From: Macrostomum lignano
Taxonomy: Eukaryota
Direction of reading: 5' to 3'
DNA: 64,000 bases
Assembly: GCA_002269645.1 (NCBI GenBank)
Contig: NIVC01003294.1
Span: 42,111 to 106,110, forward strand
In this document: in pieces, positions 48,688-59,818 of the stretch
Layout: the number at the start of each line of letters is the position of its first letter
How positions within the stretch are numbered: the first letter of the stretch is position 1
Translations under genes and position numbers: made by a program
The notes under the pieces: generated by a model
The model's database searches: none
Seen by the model: only the letters and a program-made list of their open reading frames with translations
What the model was told of the DNA's origin: nothing

Positions 48688-49682
48688 CTAGTAGCCTGTA
48701 GAAATTTAGCCGCTAATCTGCTGATCCGGCTTGGCAAATTTGGGTTGAATTCGTTGACTTTCTCCTATCTAAATACACTATAAGATGGCTATTTCTCCGC
48801 CTTTGTATATCTTGAAAGCCGATTGACTTACTTAAACAATTCTTTCTGCATCATACATGTATCAGTGCTGTCTAGTAGCCTGTAGAAATTTAGCTGCTAA
48901 TCTGCTGATCCGGCTTGGCAAATTTGGGTTGAATTCGTTGACTTTCTCCTATCTAAATACACTATAAGATGGCTATTTCTCCGCCTTTGTATATCTTGGA
49001 AGCCGATTGACTTACTTAAACAATTCTTTCTGCATCATACATATATCAGTGCTGTCTAGTAGCCTGTAGAAATTTAGCCGCTAATCTGCTGATCCAGCTT
49101 GGCAAATTTGGGTTGAATTCGTTGACTTTCTCCTATCTAAATACACTATAAGATGGCTATTTCTCCGCCTTTGTATATCTTGGAAGCCGATTGACTTACT
49201 TAAACAATTCTTTCTGCATCATACATGTATCAGTGCTGTCTAGTAGCCTGTAGAAATTTAGCCGCTAATCTGCTGATCCGGCTTGGCAAATTTGGGTTGA
49301 ATTCGTTGACTTTCTCCTATCTAAATACACTATAAGATGGCTATTTCTCCGCCTTTGTATATCTTGGAAGCCGATTGTCTTACTGAAACAATTCTTTCTG
49401 CATCATACATGTATCAGTGCTGTCTAGTAGCCTGTAGAAATTTAGCCGCTAATCTGCTGATCCGGCTTGGCAAATTTGGGTTGAATTCGTTGACTTTCTC
49501 CTATCTAAATACACTATAAGATGGCTATTTCTCCGCCTTTGTATATCTTGGAAGCCGATTGACTTACTTAAACAATTCTTTCTGCATCATAAATGTATCA
49601 GTGCTGTCTAGTAGCCTGTAGAAATTTAGCCGCTAATCTGCTGATCCGGCTTGGCAAATTTGGGTTGAATTCGTTGACTTTC
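48688..49682 (-). repeat. Same 184-bp repeat in inverted orientation, ~5.4 units
   Basis: Reverse complement of the 46296-46822 unit. Confidence 0.95.
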
Positions 49683-50479
49683 GCCTAACTAGATTCACAG
49701 CTGCTTACTCCCCTTCGCTACACAAAATGCTACTTTGCTTTTTGTATAAGTATTAGTTCTAGTAGTATGTATCGAATTTTTTGTTTTATAATGTTATCTT
49801 CGAAGTTGGAATGGAGTAAAAAATAGATTTCGTGAAAGTGAAAGTATTTTATTTTCCTACAAGTTTTCCTGCTGTCTCATTGCTCGAAATTAGTACAAGA
49901 GACAAAAGTGATGCAAGAAATTGTAGAAATAGGGCTAAACGGTGGATTTCCTGCCTTTAAATGAGATGAAAAAAATGACGGTAGCTTGTCAAAAATGACG
50001 GTTGCTGGGACCGTCAATTTTGCCAAAGTGTAAAAAACGTTACCGTCACTTTTGCCGCCTTATATTAATACGAATTCGTATTATCCTTCCATATAACCGA
50101 TGCATTTGGATGCTAAATGTTTTCTATTTTTAATAAAGTACTTAATTAATGCCGTAGAGCCAGCCATTAGGTGTTTAGAAGGCTTTATGTAAACACAGTT
50201 TTTTGGACGAAAAAGTCAAACATATTTTTTCCCGCATTTTTAGTGAGAATATTTTTTTCAGTTTCAAATAGCTGATTGAAAGAGAAACTATGCTCTATAA
50301 AATTTTATGTTTTTGAAAGATTTTAGTTTACTCTTTTATTTGTATATTCTATTTTGTAATTATGCTTCTCCAACAAGTAGATAAAGCAAATACATTTTTT
50401 GGCAAAAATGACGATAGTATGGTAAAAATGACGGTATTTTACGCTATATGCTAATAACTTTATCATTTTAGAACTCAGA

Positions 50480-53400
50480 ATGGCAAGTAGCCTGCAGAGG
50501 CAGACCCGTCAATCACAACCAGAGCAACTCCAGCAGAGCGGAGTCGATGAAGCTGAAGATGAGCTGAACACGCTGCTCAACGAATATCACGTAGTAACCG
50601 AAGGCGATCAGGAGCTGTACAACCAGCACAAGGATGAAGGAAAGGTCCGACTCACTCTGGAGAACATGCACAAGCTGAAGCCAGGAGACGTGGTCGAGCT
50701 CAGCTATTACAAGCTGTTACACTTCGTTGTGGTTGAGGGCGTCAGGACTCTGCCGGACACCCCGGCCGACTTAATCATAATTGACGCCATTCACTACGGT
50801 CGGCCGAACTTGATCACACCAAACAGGATCATCAGAGAGAAATTCAGCCTGAGACTCAACACAGAAAAGTGTTGCCTTCATGTGTTTCCACCCGCCAGCT
50901 GCTACCCGTCTCAGACAGTACTGCAGAGAGCTCGAAGCAGACTCAATGAAGAAGAGCACAACGGAATCTCCAACAATGCGACAATGTTTGCCTTGTGGTG
51001 CAAAGTCGAATCAACAACGCACCGTCCGAGCTGTCGAGTTCCAATCTACCTATCAAATGAGCATCCCACCCACACTGTCAACGTCGGTGATCACGTCGAT
51101 ATTGAATGTTTAGTTCGTAAGGGTGATAAGATTCACGCAGAGATCACAGATGTGGAACAGGTCCTTGATGATTCGTATCTGGTTAAAATTGTAACCCGAA
51201 AAGCAGCCTGGATTCCATATGTTCACGAGTGTGAGCACGTGCTCACAGAGCCCGTCAGTCGGGTGACTTCAGTTCCGGATCAGAAGGAGATCAACCTCAG
51301 TGATCGAACTCAATTTTTGGACCGGGTTCTTTATCCGGTGTCCGAGCAGTCGAGTTTATCGTTTTGCTCGCTACTGCTGAGTACTGAGCACCAAGGCGAT
51401 GAGTGGAAACGAGCTGCTCTGCAAGGTCCAGAGAAAAAGTGTGAACCTAGAGTGTTGACTGGGAAACAAAATCCTAGCCTCTCAAAGCCAGGTGACATCA
51501 TTCACTTGAACGGCGTGTACCGAGTGGTCACTGATGTGAGAGCAGTTGAGTCGGGCACTCGAGTCCGCACCGTGCAGTACTGCCCAGGGCCAGATTCCAC
51601 CGACAGCGGCGAACTGATGGAGCTAAAATGCCGTATTCTAAAACAAGAAAAGCGCATTTCACTGTGCGTTCACAACGAAGTTCACCAGGATTGTGAGCTG
51701 TACGGCGGAGGTCGTGAGAAGCCCAGCTACAAAGCCACAACGGTAACAGACGTCAAGCAAATAAAGAAAGGCTGTGTGGTAAGCCTTCGGAATGAGTATG
51801 GTTTCTTCAAGCATGCAGTAGTTATAGAAACTTTTTCTGAAAGTGACAGCTCCGAAGAGACAAAAACTGCTCGACTTGTAGAGAACCCAAATCGAACAGC
51901 AAATGCAGGTGATAAAGATCTGGCAGACTCTCCGATGCCAACCGCTTTGACAGTTCACGCGAGTATTGAAACCGGTTCAGTGCAGCCTAGAATGAGCGAA
52001 GAAGGTGCAGCTGTGGAAAATGATACCGGTACAAAACTTGTCTGCAACCTGATGTCATTCAAGTTGAGTCTTTCTGTCTCAACCCAACTGTTCCAATTAA
52101 AAACTCATTGTATGGAAATTGATATTGATGAGCAAAGCAAGCAGGATGTACACCTCATCGACTACAATGTCGAAACAAGCAGAAAGTACTCGCCCGACAA
52201 GGTCGTCGAAAGAGCGTTGTCAAGACTTGGTGAGCGAGAGCATGACTTTCTGTGGAACAGTGATCGTGACTTTGCCAAGTGGTGCAGCATCGAGCACGGA
52301 AGCAACCGAGAGCAATGCCGCATCGACATCGAGTGTGCAAAGGACTTGGTGAACTTCGGTAGAGGTCACATCAAGTTTCTCAAGAGTCCAAACTTGTACA
52401 CACACGATGCGATCATGCGAGAGTGCAGTAAGTTTGAAGATTCCGACGACATAGTAAAGGTTCGCTTGTACGAAAACAACCACCAGTTCAAGACCGTCAG
52501 GAAGGAAGATTTGGTAATCGGTCAGCAGGAGACAGTTCAGAGAGTAAACTACGATGATTTAAGTCTCTCTAAGTCAATCATGCCCGACAGCAAAGTCATC
52601 GATCAGCTCACTAACTGCACCTTCTTGAGCGCGGACGATGACATGCATGGTTGGACAGGGAAAGAAGCGAAGTGTGGCAGCAAAGTCACCAGCCACGACT
52701 TCTGCCACTGGCTGAAGTGTAAAAGACGAAACGAGGGACTCAGTGACATTCAAAAGCTTTTTGGAACAAAACTGAACGGTATCAAGAAAGCAGTGACTAA
52801 GCTGGACAAGTTTGGCACACTTAGCTCACGACCTGGGGAGTCCATATTTCTTGAGGATGCAGTGGCGCCTTCCAGCCTGAAGCAGTTCGATCACATTGTG
52901 CTGGATCGTAAGGTGCAAGGCAAAGTGACCAGGGTGCACTTCATTCTTGTCGAATGGGATGCAGAGTCGTGCACAGGTGTAGGCGTGACTTACGAAGCTC
53001 CAGCTGAGAATGTGGAGATGGGATTCAACGAGTTCAACGGATTTCTTCGAGTGACTGGACCGGGTCAGCTGAAGAAGGTGGTGCACAACACCGAGCTCGA
53101 CTGGGAGAAGATTGATGCCAAGTTCACGGACTGTCGAGACGCAAGGAACTACAAACTGTTTTTTAATAACTGCGAGCACTTTGTGAACTTTCTGATCTAC
53201 GGTCGATTCACGAGTCTTCAGCTCAGCGACTGGGCGCTGAGGGCGACATCCGCTTGTCCCTCTTTCGCTGTGTCGTTCTTCAAGGGCGTCGGAAAGTTCG
53301 CAAAGTTAGTCAACCGAGTTATTCAGTTCTTTGCAGATATCACCCCAGCTGTTCCTGATGGCAAAACATTCTGGAGTGAAGGTTTGGGTCTCTTGTTTAT

Positions 53401-53656
53401 CATCGGCTTTAGTGCCGTGGAAGCTGCTATTCTGGTATTCCGTAAAGCTACGACGGGAATGCCTGAAGATGAGTACCTCCAGCGATGGAAATGTCTCGTG
53501 AGCTCACTGGTCTCCACAGTAGTCGGTCTGTTTGCTGCCATATTCAGTGGGACGACGGCCCTGCTGCCTCTGACTGGCATCGCCATTGCGTCTGCGGGGA
53601 TCGGCCATCTGGCTCCACGGGTGCCTGCCATTGTGGAATCTAGGCTAAAGCCCTGA
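50480..53656 (+). CDS. Intronless 1058-aa protein with tandem LRAT/PLAAT (H-box/NC, permuted NlpC/P60) domains and a hydrophobic C-terminal tail; paralog A
   Basis: Long open ORF; the last repeat has RVHFILV...YKLFFNNCEHFVNFLIYGRFTSLQ (PLAAT signature NCEHF..YG...S.Q); earlier repeats have LKPGD..H..IHY..NNATMFALWC, NSDRDFAKWC and TSHDFCHWLK; splice-acceptor-like TTTTAG just upstream of the ATG. Confidence 0.9.
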   Translation: MASSLQRQTRQSQPEQLQQSGVDEAEDELNTLLNEYHVVTEGDQELYNQHKDEGKVRLTLENMHKLKPGDVVELSYYKLLHFVVVEGVRTLPDTPADLIIIDAIHYGRPNLITPNRIIREKFSLRLNTEKCCLHVFPPASCYPSQTVLQRARSRLNEEEHNGISNNATMFALWCKVESTTHRPSCRVPIYLSNEHPTHTVNVGDHVDIECLVRKGDKIHAEITDVEQVLDDSYLVKIVTRKAAWIPYVHECEHVLTEPVSRVTSVPDQKEINLSDRTQFLDRVLYPVSEQSSLSFCSLLLSTEHQGDEWKRAALQGPEKKCEPRVLTGKQNPSLSKPGDIIHLNGVYRVVTDVRAVESGTRVRTVQYCPGPDSTDSGELMELKCRILKQEKRISLCVHNEVHQDCELYGGGREKPSYKATTVTDVKQIKKGCVVSLRNEYGFFKHAVVIETFSESDSSEETKTARLVENPNRTANAGDKDLADSPMPTALTVHASIETGSVQPRMSEEGAAVENDTGTKLVCNLMSFKLSLSVSTQLFQLKTHCMEIDIDEQSKQDVHLIDYNVETSRKYSPDKVVERALSRLGEREHDFLWNSDRDFAKWCSIEHGSNREQCRIDIECAKDLVNFGRGHIKFLKSPNLYTHDAIMRECSKFEDSDDIVKVRLYENNHQFKTVRKEDLVIGQQETVQRVNYDDLSLSKSIMPDSKVIDQLTNCTFLSADDDMHGWTGKEAKCGSKVTSHDFCHWLKCKRRNEGLSDIQKLFGTKLNGIKKAVTKLDKFGTLSSRPGESIFLEDAVAPSSLKQFDHIVLDRKVQGKVTRVHFILVEWDAESCTGVGVTYEAPAENVEMGFNEFNGFLRVTGPGQLKKVVHNTELDWEKIDAKFTDCRDARNYKLFFNNCEHFVNFLIYGRFTSLQLSDWALRATSACPSFAVSFFKGVGKFAKLVNRVIQFFADITPAVPDGKTFWSEGLGLLFIIGFSAVEAAILVFRKATTGMPEDEYLQRWKCLVSSLVSTVVGLFAAIFSGTTALLPLTGIAIASAGIGHLAPRVPAIVESRLKP

Positions 53657-56600
53657 ATCGACACCATTGAAGCGGATTTGCGTATTTTAGCTTATCCTTT
53701 TTTCGGCAATAGCTAGAGCTTTTTATATTGGATCGAACCTTACAATCAAAAGATGTCGTCTGAATTTGTACATGCGAGTACGCTCGTACTTATCTTTTAT
53801 AAATAGTTTGTTACGAACTCGTATCTGAATTGCCATCTCCAATTGACCTATATGTATCATCTGTCTATCAAATCTACATCGGTCGATATTTTCTTTTGTA
53901 TACAGTTCATTGACAGCTTGCGTATTAATGCAGGCAAGATCGATAGCTACACTAACCAGTCTAAACTATACATGGTATACTAGTTTATTATTGAATTATT
54001 ATTCATTATTAGAATTAATTGGTTCTGCGTTTAATAGCTATAAAAACAATTGGGCTTTATTTTTCTTTCAGCTACTCCATGCACTACATTTGTTCAAAAA
54101 ATATAATTGAAAAAGTAACTATACTAACGCAAAATTTGGTTATTTTATTTTTTAAAGTCATATGTGCAGTGTAAAGGGTCAACAAGTTGTGTATCAAATA
54201 GCTATGTAGCTTCCTAATAAAATGCCTTGATAATTTGTTTCTTCCTTCCTTGTAGTAGGATTTACATCTACGATAGCCTAATTCGGGTCGGGACCCATCA
54301 GGAGGAGCCAGAGCCGTCCCTCTTGGCGAGGGTGTACATGTATACGTCTGCCAACTCCTTCCCTGGCATTAAACCTGCGTACCCTGGGATCCACTTAACC
54401 TGACATTGCTACTGGCTAGGGGAGTTCTTAGTGGCGTGGCAAAAGAGCCTGCAGCGAGGCCGCGCTTTGCTGTCACAGTGGGTGACGAGATATACATACA
54501 TGTAATTTAGATATAGTCTCTTCTCTTGTACTTTTGGCATTCAGTTCTGCAGCTAGCTTAAGCTAGAGCTGTGATAGCAAGCTAGGACAATTCGTTCTAG
54601 AAGACCGTGTAGCTACATGTAGCTACATGTATATCTGTATAGCGAGTCTGCCATATATCGCGTCGCGCTATAGCTAGCGAGCTGCAGGACATGCGTGGCA
54701 ATGATAAATTGCAATAATGTTTCGTAACCATATGATTTACCGGCGATACAAAAGCTGCTATTTCAGCACCGGACGGCGCCTATACTATATCGGACTTAGC
54801 TAATTCTTTTGAGACATCCTCCGGGGGTGCGTCAGCTGGAAGATATGCTAGCGCCGTTCCTAATTGCTTGTTGCAAACTGATAGATAAAAATTAAATTGT
54901 TAAAACATGCATGTGTAATTTTCGACACATGGATATAAAATTATGCACGTCTTTTAGAACATTGAAACGGATGCAAAATTCTGGAGGTGGGGCGTGAGCC
55001 ATCATAAATAGCTACATATGTAGATATCGAGCTCCTCGACGCAGCATGGCGTCTTTTCCTGACTGAGGATGATCGTCGCGCACTCATCCGCTTCTTGGCA
55101 AGACCGATTGTGCATGGTTGGTGAAAAGACAGATCGGGAAGGTTTTTCCCATGCATTCAGTCAGTGTGTCGGGTTCCGTCTCTCCACGTGAGAATTGCAC
55201 TGCGCGCGTCATCAGATGGAAGCTGCATGAGATGACCCAGCTCGTGATCAGGGAGGGTGCCCCACAGCTAGCCATCTGCTACTTCGGCCGACGTTTCCGA
55301 CAATTATATGTACTTTTATACATTGCATAATGGTATACATGTAGACTTCATACATTAGTAATATCCGTCGGCTGAATCCTAGGCAGCTCACACACTAATT
55401 GTCTTATATTCATTTGGAGTTGTTAGTAGGCTCCACAATACATGTAAGTATCTTCATGTAAATTGAGTCTTGAAGCGGCTTGCGAGTGGAAGCTTGAAAA
55501 GCAGCAAGCGAGCGAAAGATCTTGTGTATATTTGTTTAAGCATAGATTTTATACTTCAGAGAATAGGGAGGTGTGAGTCAGACCGAACTGGCTGGCTGGG
55601 CAAAACTCAGTCTGACTCACTCTGACTCAAAAATGCAGTGCAGGCGTGCAGGGGCCTGTGCACAGGCGGGCCCCGCTCTCAACCGTGCACCAGTCTGGCC
55701 GCCACAGTCTACATATGTACATGTAGAATAGTTTTTATTGGTTGAGTGACGATTTGTATGTATAGCTGACCAACTTAAAAGCATGCCTATATTTGCAGAT
55801 GACGCGAGTGTCCTATTCAAAGTAGATCACAAAAAAGTTTAAGATGACGATCGTTGTAGTAGGATGACGAAGTGTGTATGAACCGACTTAATTGGTTCAA
55901 AGACCGCCCAGCCTTTTTCATACTTCACTGGTCAATGCAAGGACCACTGTATAGCTATATACTTCGTACAGTAGTTGTCCTTGGGTCAGTAGTCATGCTA
56001 AATGCACCTTCGCAATGACTAATAACAATTTATTAAACAAATTTCTATTCAAATAGTAAATTATTAATTTTTTACTATTTTTTTACAGTATTGTTTGTAA
56101 GATAGTAATACTAAAGAAACTTTGTTTAATCTAGAGAGTAATTGCGTTTGTTTTTCAAACTTATGCTGTTTACCATGAATTGAAATTGCGCAAGGGAATT
56201 TGCTAGACTGCCTGTAGTGTTATTATTCTTTTGTATTCTTTAACTGTAACTTAAAGATTTAAGATTTAATTTACTCGGTGCCGCTGACCATACCCCCAAA
56301 ACTGATAAAAAACAACTGTTGAAAAAATATAAAAGCAATGACGAAAAATTTTTACAAACCTGTAATCTCAAGATTCTGTAACACTTTAATAACAGTAGTC
56401 AGTAGGTCTATAACAGTTAACAGTAAAAAAATAAAAACTAAAAAAGAAGTATAGAACTAGAAGTATGGTATAGTAGTGGGTCTATGATCAAGTCAGGGGG
56501 TATGAGTTCCTATTATTTTGTAGCTATGTAGCAATAACAACAACTACTAGCTTGCTCCATAATTTTTTTATAATTGGTACGAAACACTTGGTACATAGGG

Positions 56601-58679
56601 GTCTATTAATTTTTTAGTGCAACTATCAATATACGGCTTCAATTTTTAAATTAGGAATAGTGTGAATGAGCTTTTACAAACATATTAGAAGTTAAGCCAA
56701 GTAAAATTCTTTCTTGTTTAGGCCTAGTTCAAATTTTAGGTTAGGATATTATGTGTCAATAATTTAAATGCAAAAGATCCATAATTTCATAGAAAGGAAA
56801 ACAATTCTATAGACTAAAATTATTTATTGATTCAATAAAGGTTTTCTTTTTGGCAGTTGTTTAGTCTTATTATCCAGTATTAACTAGATAAATAGTAAAA
56901 TATCTTGCTATTTATACTAGGCCCTATTAATAATATTAATAACTAGACAACAAATAACAATTTATTTTCTCTTTCTAGATTTTGAATGCTTAAGTTACTA
57001 AAAATATTCTTTTATAGACTTATAATAAACTTGTAATTACATTAAATAGTATTTTTATAATTACATGGCCACCAATATTATTGGCATTATTCATTTGCAT
57101 TATCTGAGCAACTAAGTTGATCTTTAGCAGTTATAAGCTTATTAAGCTTTCTAGGTAAAAGTTGGCATTGGCACTTGATTAGAACTACAAGAACTTGCTA
57201 AAATGAGAATTGAAAAGGCCATTATTGGTGCTATGCAAGAACTTTATTTTCATGTAAACCTAAACTTAGTGAATTATAGAGATTTAGTATATTTAAAAGT
57301 ATCTAGTTGATAATATAAATTGTATATATAGTTTAAGGTCATTTGAGTCAACAAAATGCAGAGAAGTATTGATAAACAATAATAGATAAAAAGACCATTT
57401 TTAGTATATGGAAATAATTTAATAAAGAAACTATGTATTACATTGCTACCTTTTTTCCTAGATCAATTGTCTATCATTTATTTTTTTAATTTCTAGACTA
57501 GGTTTTGTAATATGTAATAGCCATGCTATAGGGTTGTTATATGCTTTTAATCATAATGGTCCTGACTTTCTAAATTATACTATAGGCCTACTCTGACTAA
57601 AATTAAAACCCTAATTGCTTAAATGAAATATTGTTATTTGTTTCTTTTTCCTTCTTGCTATATTTAAGTCAAGAATGCTAAACTCTATTTAGACAATAAA
57701 ATTGAGTTTTTTTAAAAAGAACAAATTTTACTATATATTAAAATATACTTCTATGTGATATTGCCATAAAAGTATTTCATTTTCCAACCATGCATTCTTG
57801 CTCTTTGTTACTTAAATATATAATGTTATTAGCTTTTATTATAACTGTTGTCATAAAAACAGTGTTAGGCACTGTTAATAAGTATCTTAACTTCTATTAA
57901 CTGCAAGTTTTAGCATTAAAACAAAAAGTTATAACTTATTGACTTATAATTTTGTTAAGTTAATTAAAAGTTAACTGATTATTATTAAAAAACATTATTC
58001 TATTATGATTAAATTATATGGAACATAGAATTTTTGCACTTTTTTTAAACAACCTTCATAATGCACTTTCTTTGTTATTCCATCCTATATACTAAAAATG
58101 AGTTGTCTGTATATGGGTATGCGATTGATTTCAGAAAAAATGGCTCAACCATTTTCTTCAAACTTGCACCATTCGATCAGAAATTTTCCTGGGATGGTAC
58201 ATGCATCTTGGCTAAGACATTGCTCAATATTAAAGGGATTAAATATTCGAAAAACATGCTTTTTTGCAAAGGTCAAGCAGCTCTTTCGACCTGAAATGCA
58301 TTGTAAGAATGCTAGATAAAAACCTGACTGACAGAATTTCAATTCTGATAAAGATTGCATCACAACAAGTTGAAAACAGTGCCAAAGAAATGCACACACG
58401 ACTTGATTTAAATTGCGTAACAATATTGCTAACTTAAATTGACACTGATACTGGCTGACTGAGAAATTGATTATGTCATAACTTTTTACTCTAACCAATT
58501 TGCTATAAGAATTTAATTATAAGGGCCACAATTCATGTTCTCCAATTGACAAGAGATAGCATAGAAGATGCAAACAGACTGGACTGCTAATGCAGCGACA
58601 TGGGTTCGAATCTTAGTAGTGCAAAAAGATTTTTTTATTAAAAAACCTTAAAAACAAAAAATGCTAAACACAAAAAAGC

Positions 58680-58812
58680 ACAATGTCGAACATTATAGAG
58701 CCACAATGTCGAACATTAAAGAGCCACCATGTCTAACATTAAAGAGCCACCATGTCTAACGTTAAAGAGCCACCATGTCAAACATTAAAGAGCCACCATG
58801 TCAAACGTAAAA
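58680..58812. repeat. 23-bp tandem repeat
   Basis: GCCACCATGTCTAACATTAAAGA, ~5-6 units. Confidence 0.85.
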
Positions 58813-58879
58813 GTAAGCGTCATGCCAATTTTAAAGGAGCCACTATAGAGCTAAGGAAATTGTTGCACTAGCTACTTAT

Positions 58880-58980
58880 TGTCTGGTGGATGCTTACTAT
58901 TTAGGGATGCTTGCTATCTGGGGTGCTTGCTATTTGGGGGATGCTTGCTATCTCGGGGATGCTTGCTGTCTTGGGATGAT
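58880..58980. repeat. Short degenerate tandem repeat (GGGGATGCTTGCTAT..)
   Basis: About 5 units of ~18 bp. Confidence 0.7.
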
Positions 58981-59818
58981 TTCTTTTTGCATTGCACTTT
59001 ATTTGAGCAGTTTGTCTGTTGTCTTTGTGAAGGCTTTATTTGGCTGTCTTTTTGTTACTTGTAGAGAACAGATATTCTATCCAGATGTCCCCCAACAGGG
59101 GGCGAAGATTGCTAGTCTTTTCAGCTAAACTGCTATTATAGAGCAGTCATCCAAGCAATTTACAATTTATTAAGTCACAAATAATAAGAAAAACTTATTC
59201 ATAAAAGTATCACATTTTTCATAATATGCTGTTTATCTAAATTAAGAATATTAATTAATTTACAAGTTATATATTTAGATTGTAGCTATGTACATATTTT
59301 TAATTCAGAATCAGAATGATATAACTAGTTTTTGCAATACAATAGGCCAAGGATAAGTTGCAGAATTGATAATTGTTTACTTTGTTGTCAAAATTTGATA
59401 AGTTTCAAAATTAAGTTGCAAATAATCTTAAATGTTATGTATGTATATTTACTATTTTACAGTATTTGCAAACAGTTTTAAAAATATAACAGAGGTAGAA
59501 TGGGATTTTAATTTCACTTGCAAAATCCTAGAATTCTAACAAAAATTGAGAATTTAATCTAGGTCCTGGCCAATCCACAAAAAATTGAATTTGATCCTAC
59601 ATTAGATAGTGATTGTGATTGTAAAACCACTGCTTTCATCCCAAGCTCCTTTAGTATCCTGGTACAAATTGAAGTCCTGGTCTTGAACTATCTATAAATT
59701 TGTAAATCAAATATTTTTTTTTACAAAATGTAATCAGTTTTTTAATAACTTAAATTTTGAATTGAAAATAAATATTTTTATGCTGAATTTATGTAATTGT
59801 TATTATCTGGTTATATAA

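Larger units (their letters stand above)
44581..50446. mobile_element. 5.9-kb non-autonomous TIR element (TAG...CTA termini, superfamily uncertain, possibly Academ-like)
   Basis: TAGCGTAAAATACCGTCATTTTTGCCA at the left and its near-perfect reverse complement at the right; repeated subterminal AAAATGACGG/CCGTCA motifs at both ends; no clean TSD and no transposase found. Confidence 0.65.

Noticed and set aside
50771-53667. Antisense and alternative-frame ORFs over the LRAT genes, the Gypsy relics and the 291-aa ORF
   Set aside because: Shadow ORFs of GC-rich coding sequence with no independent features.
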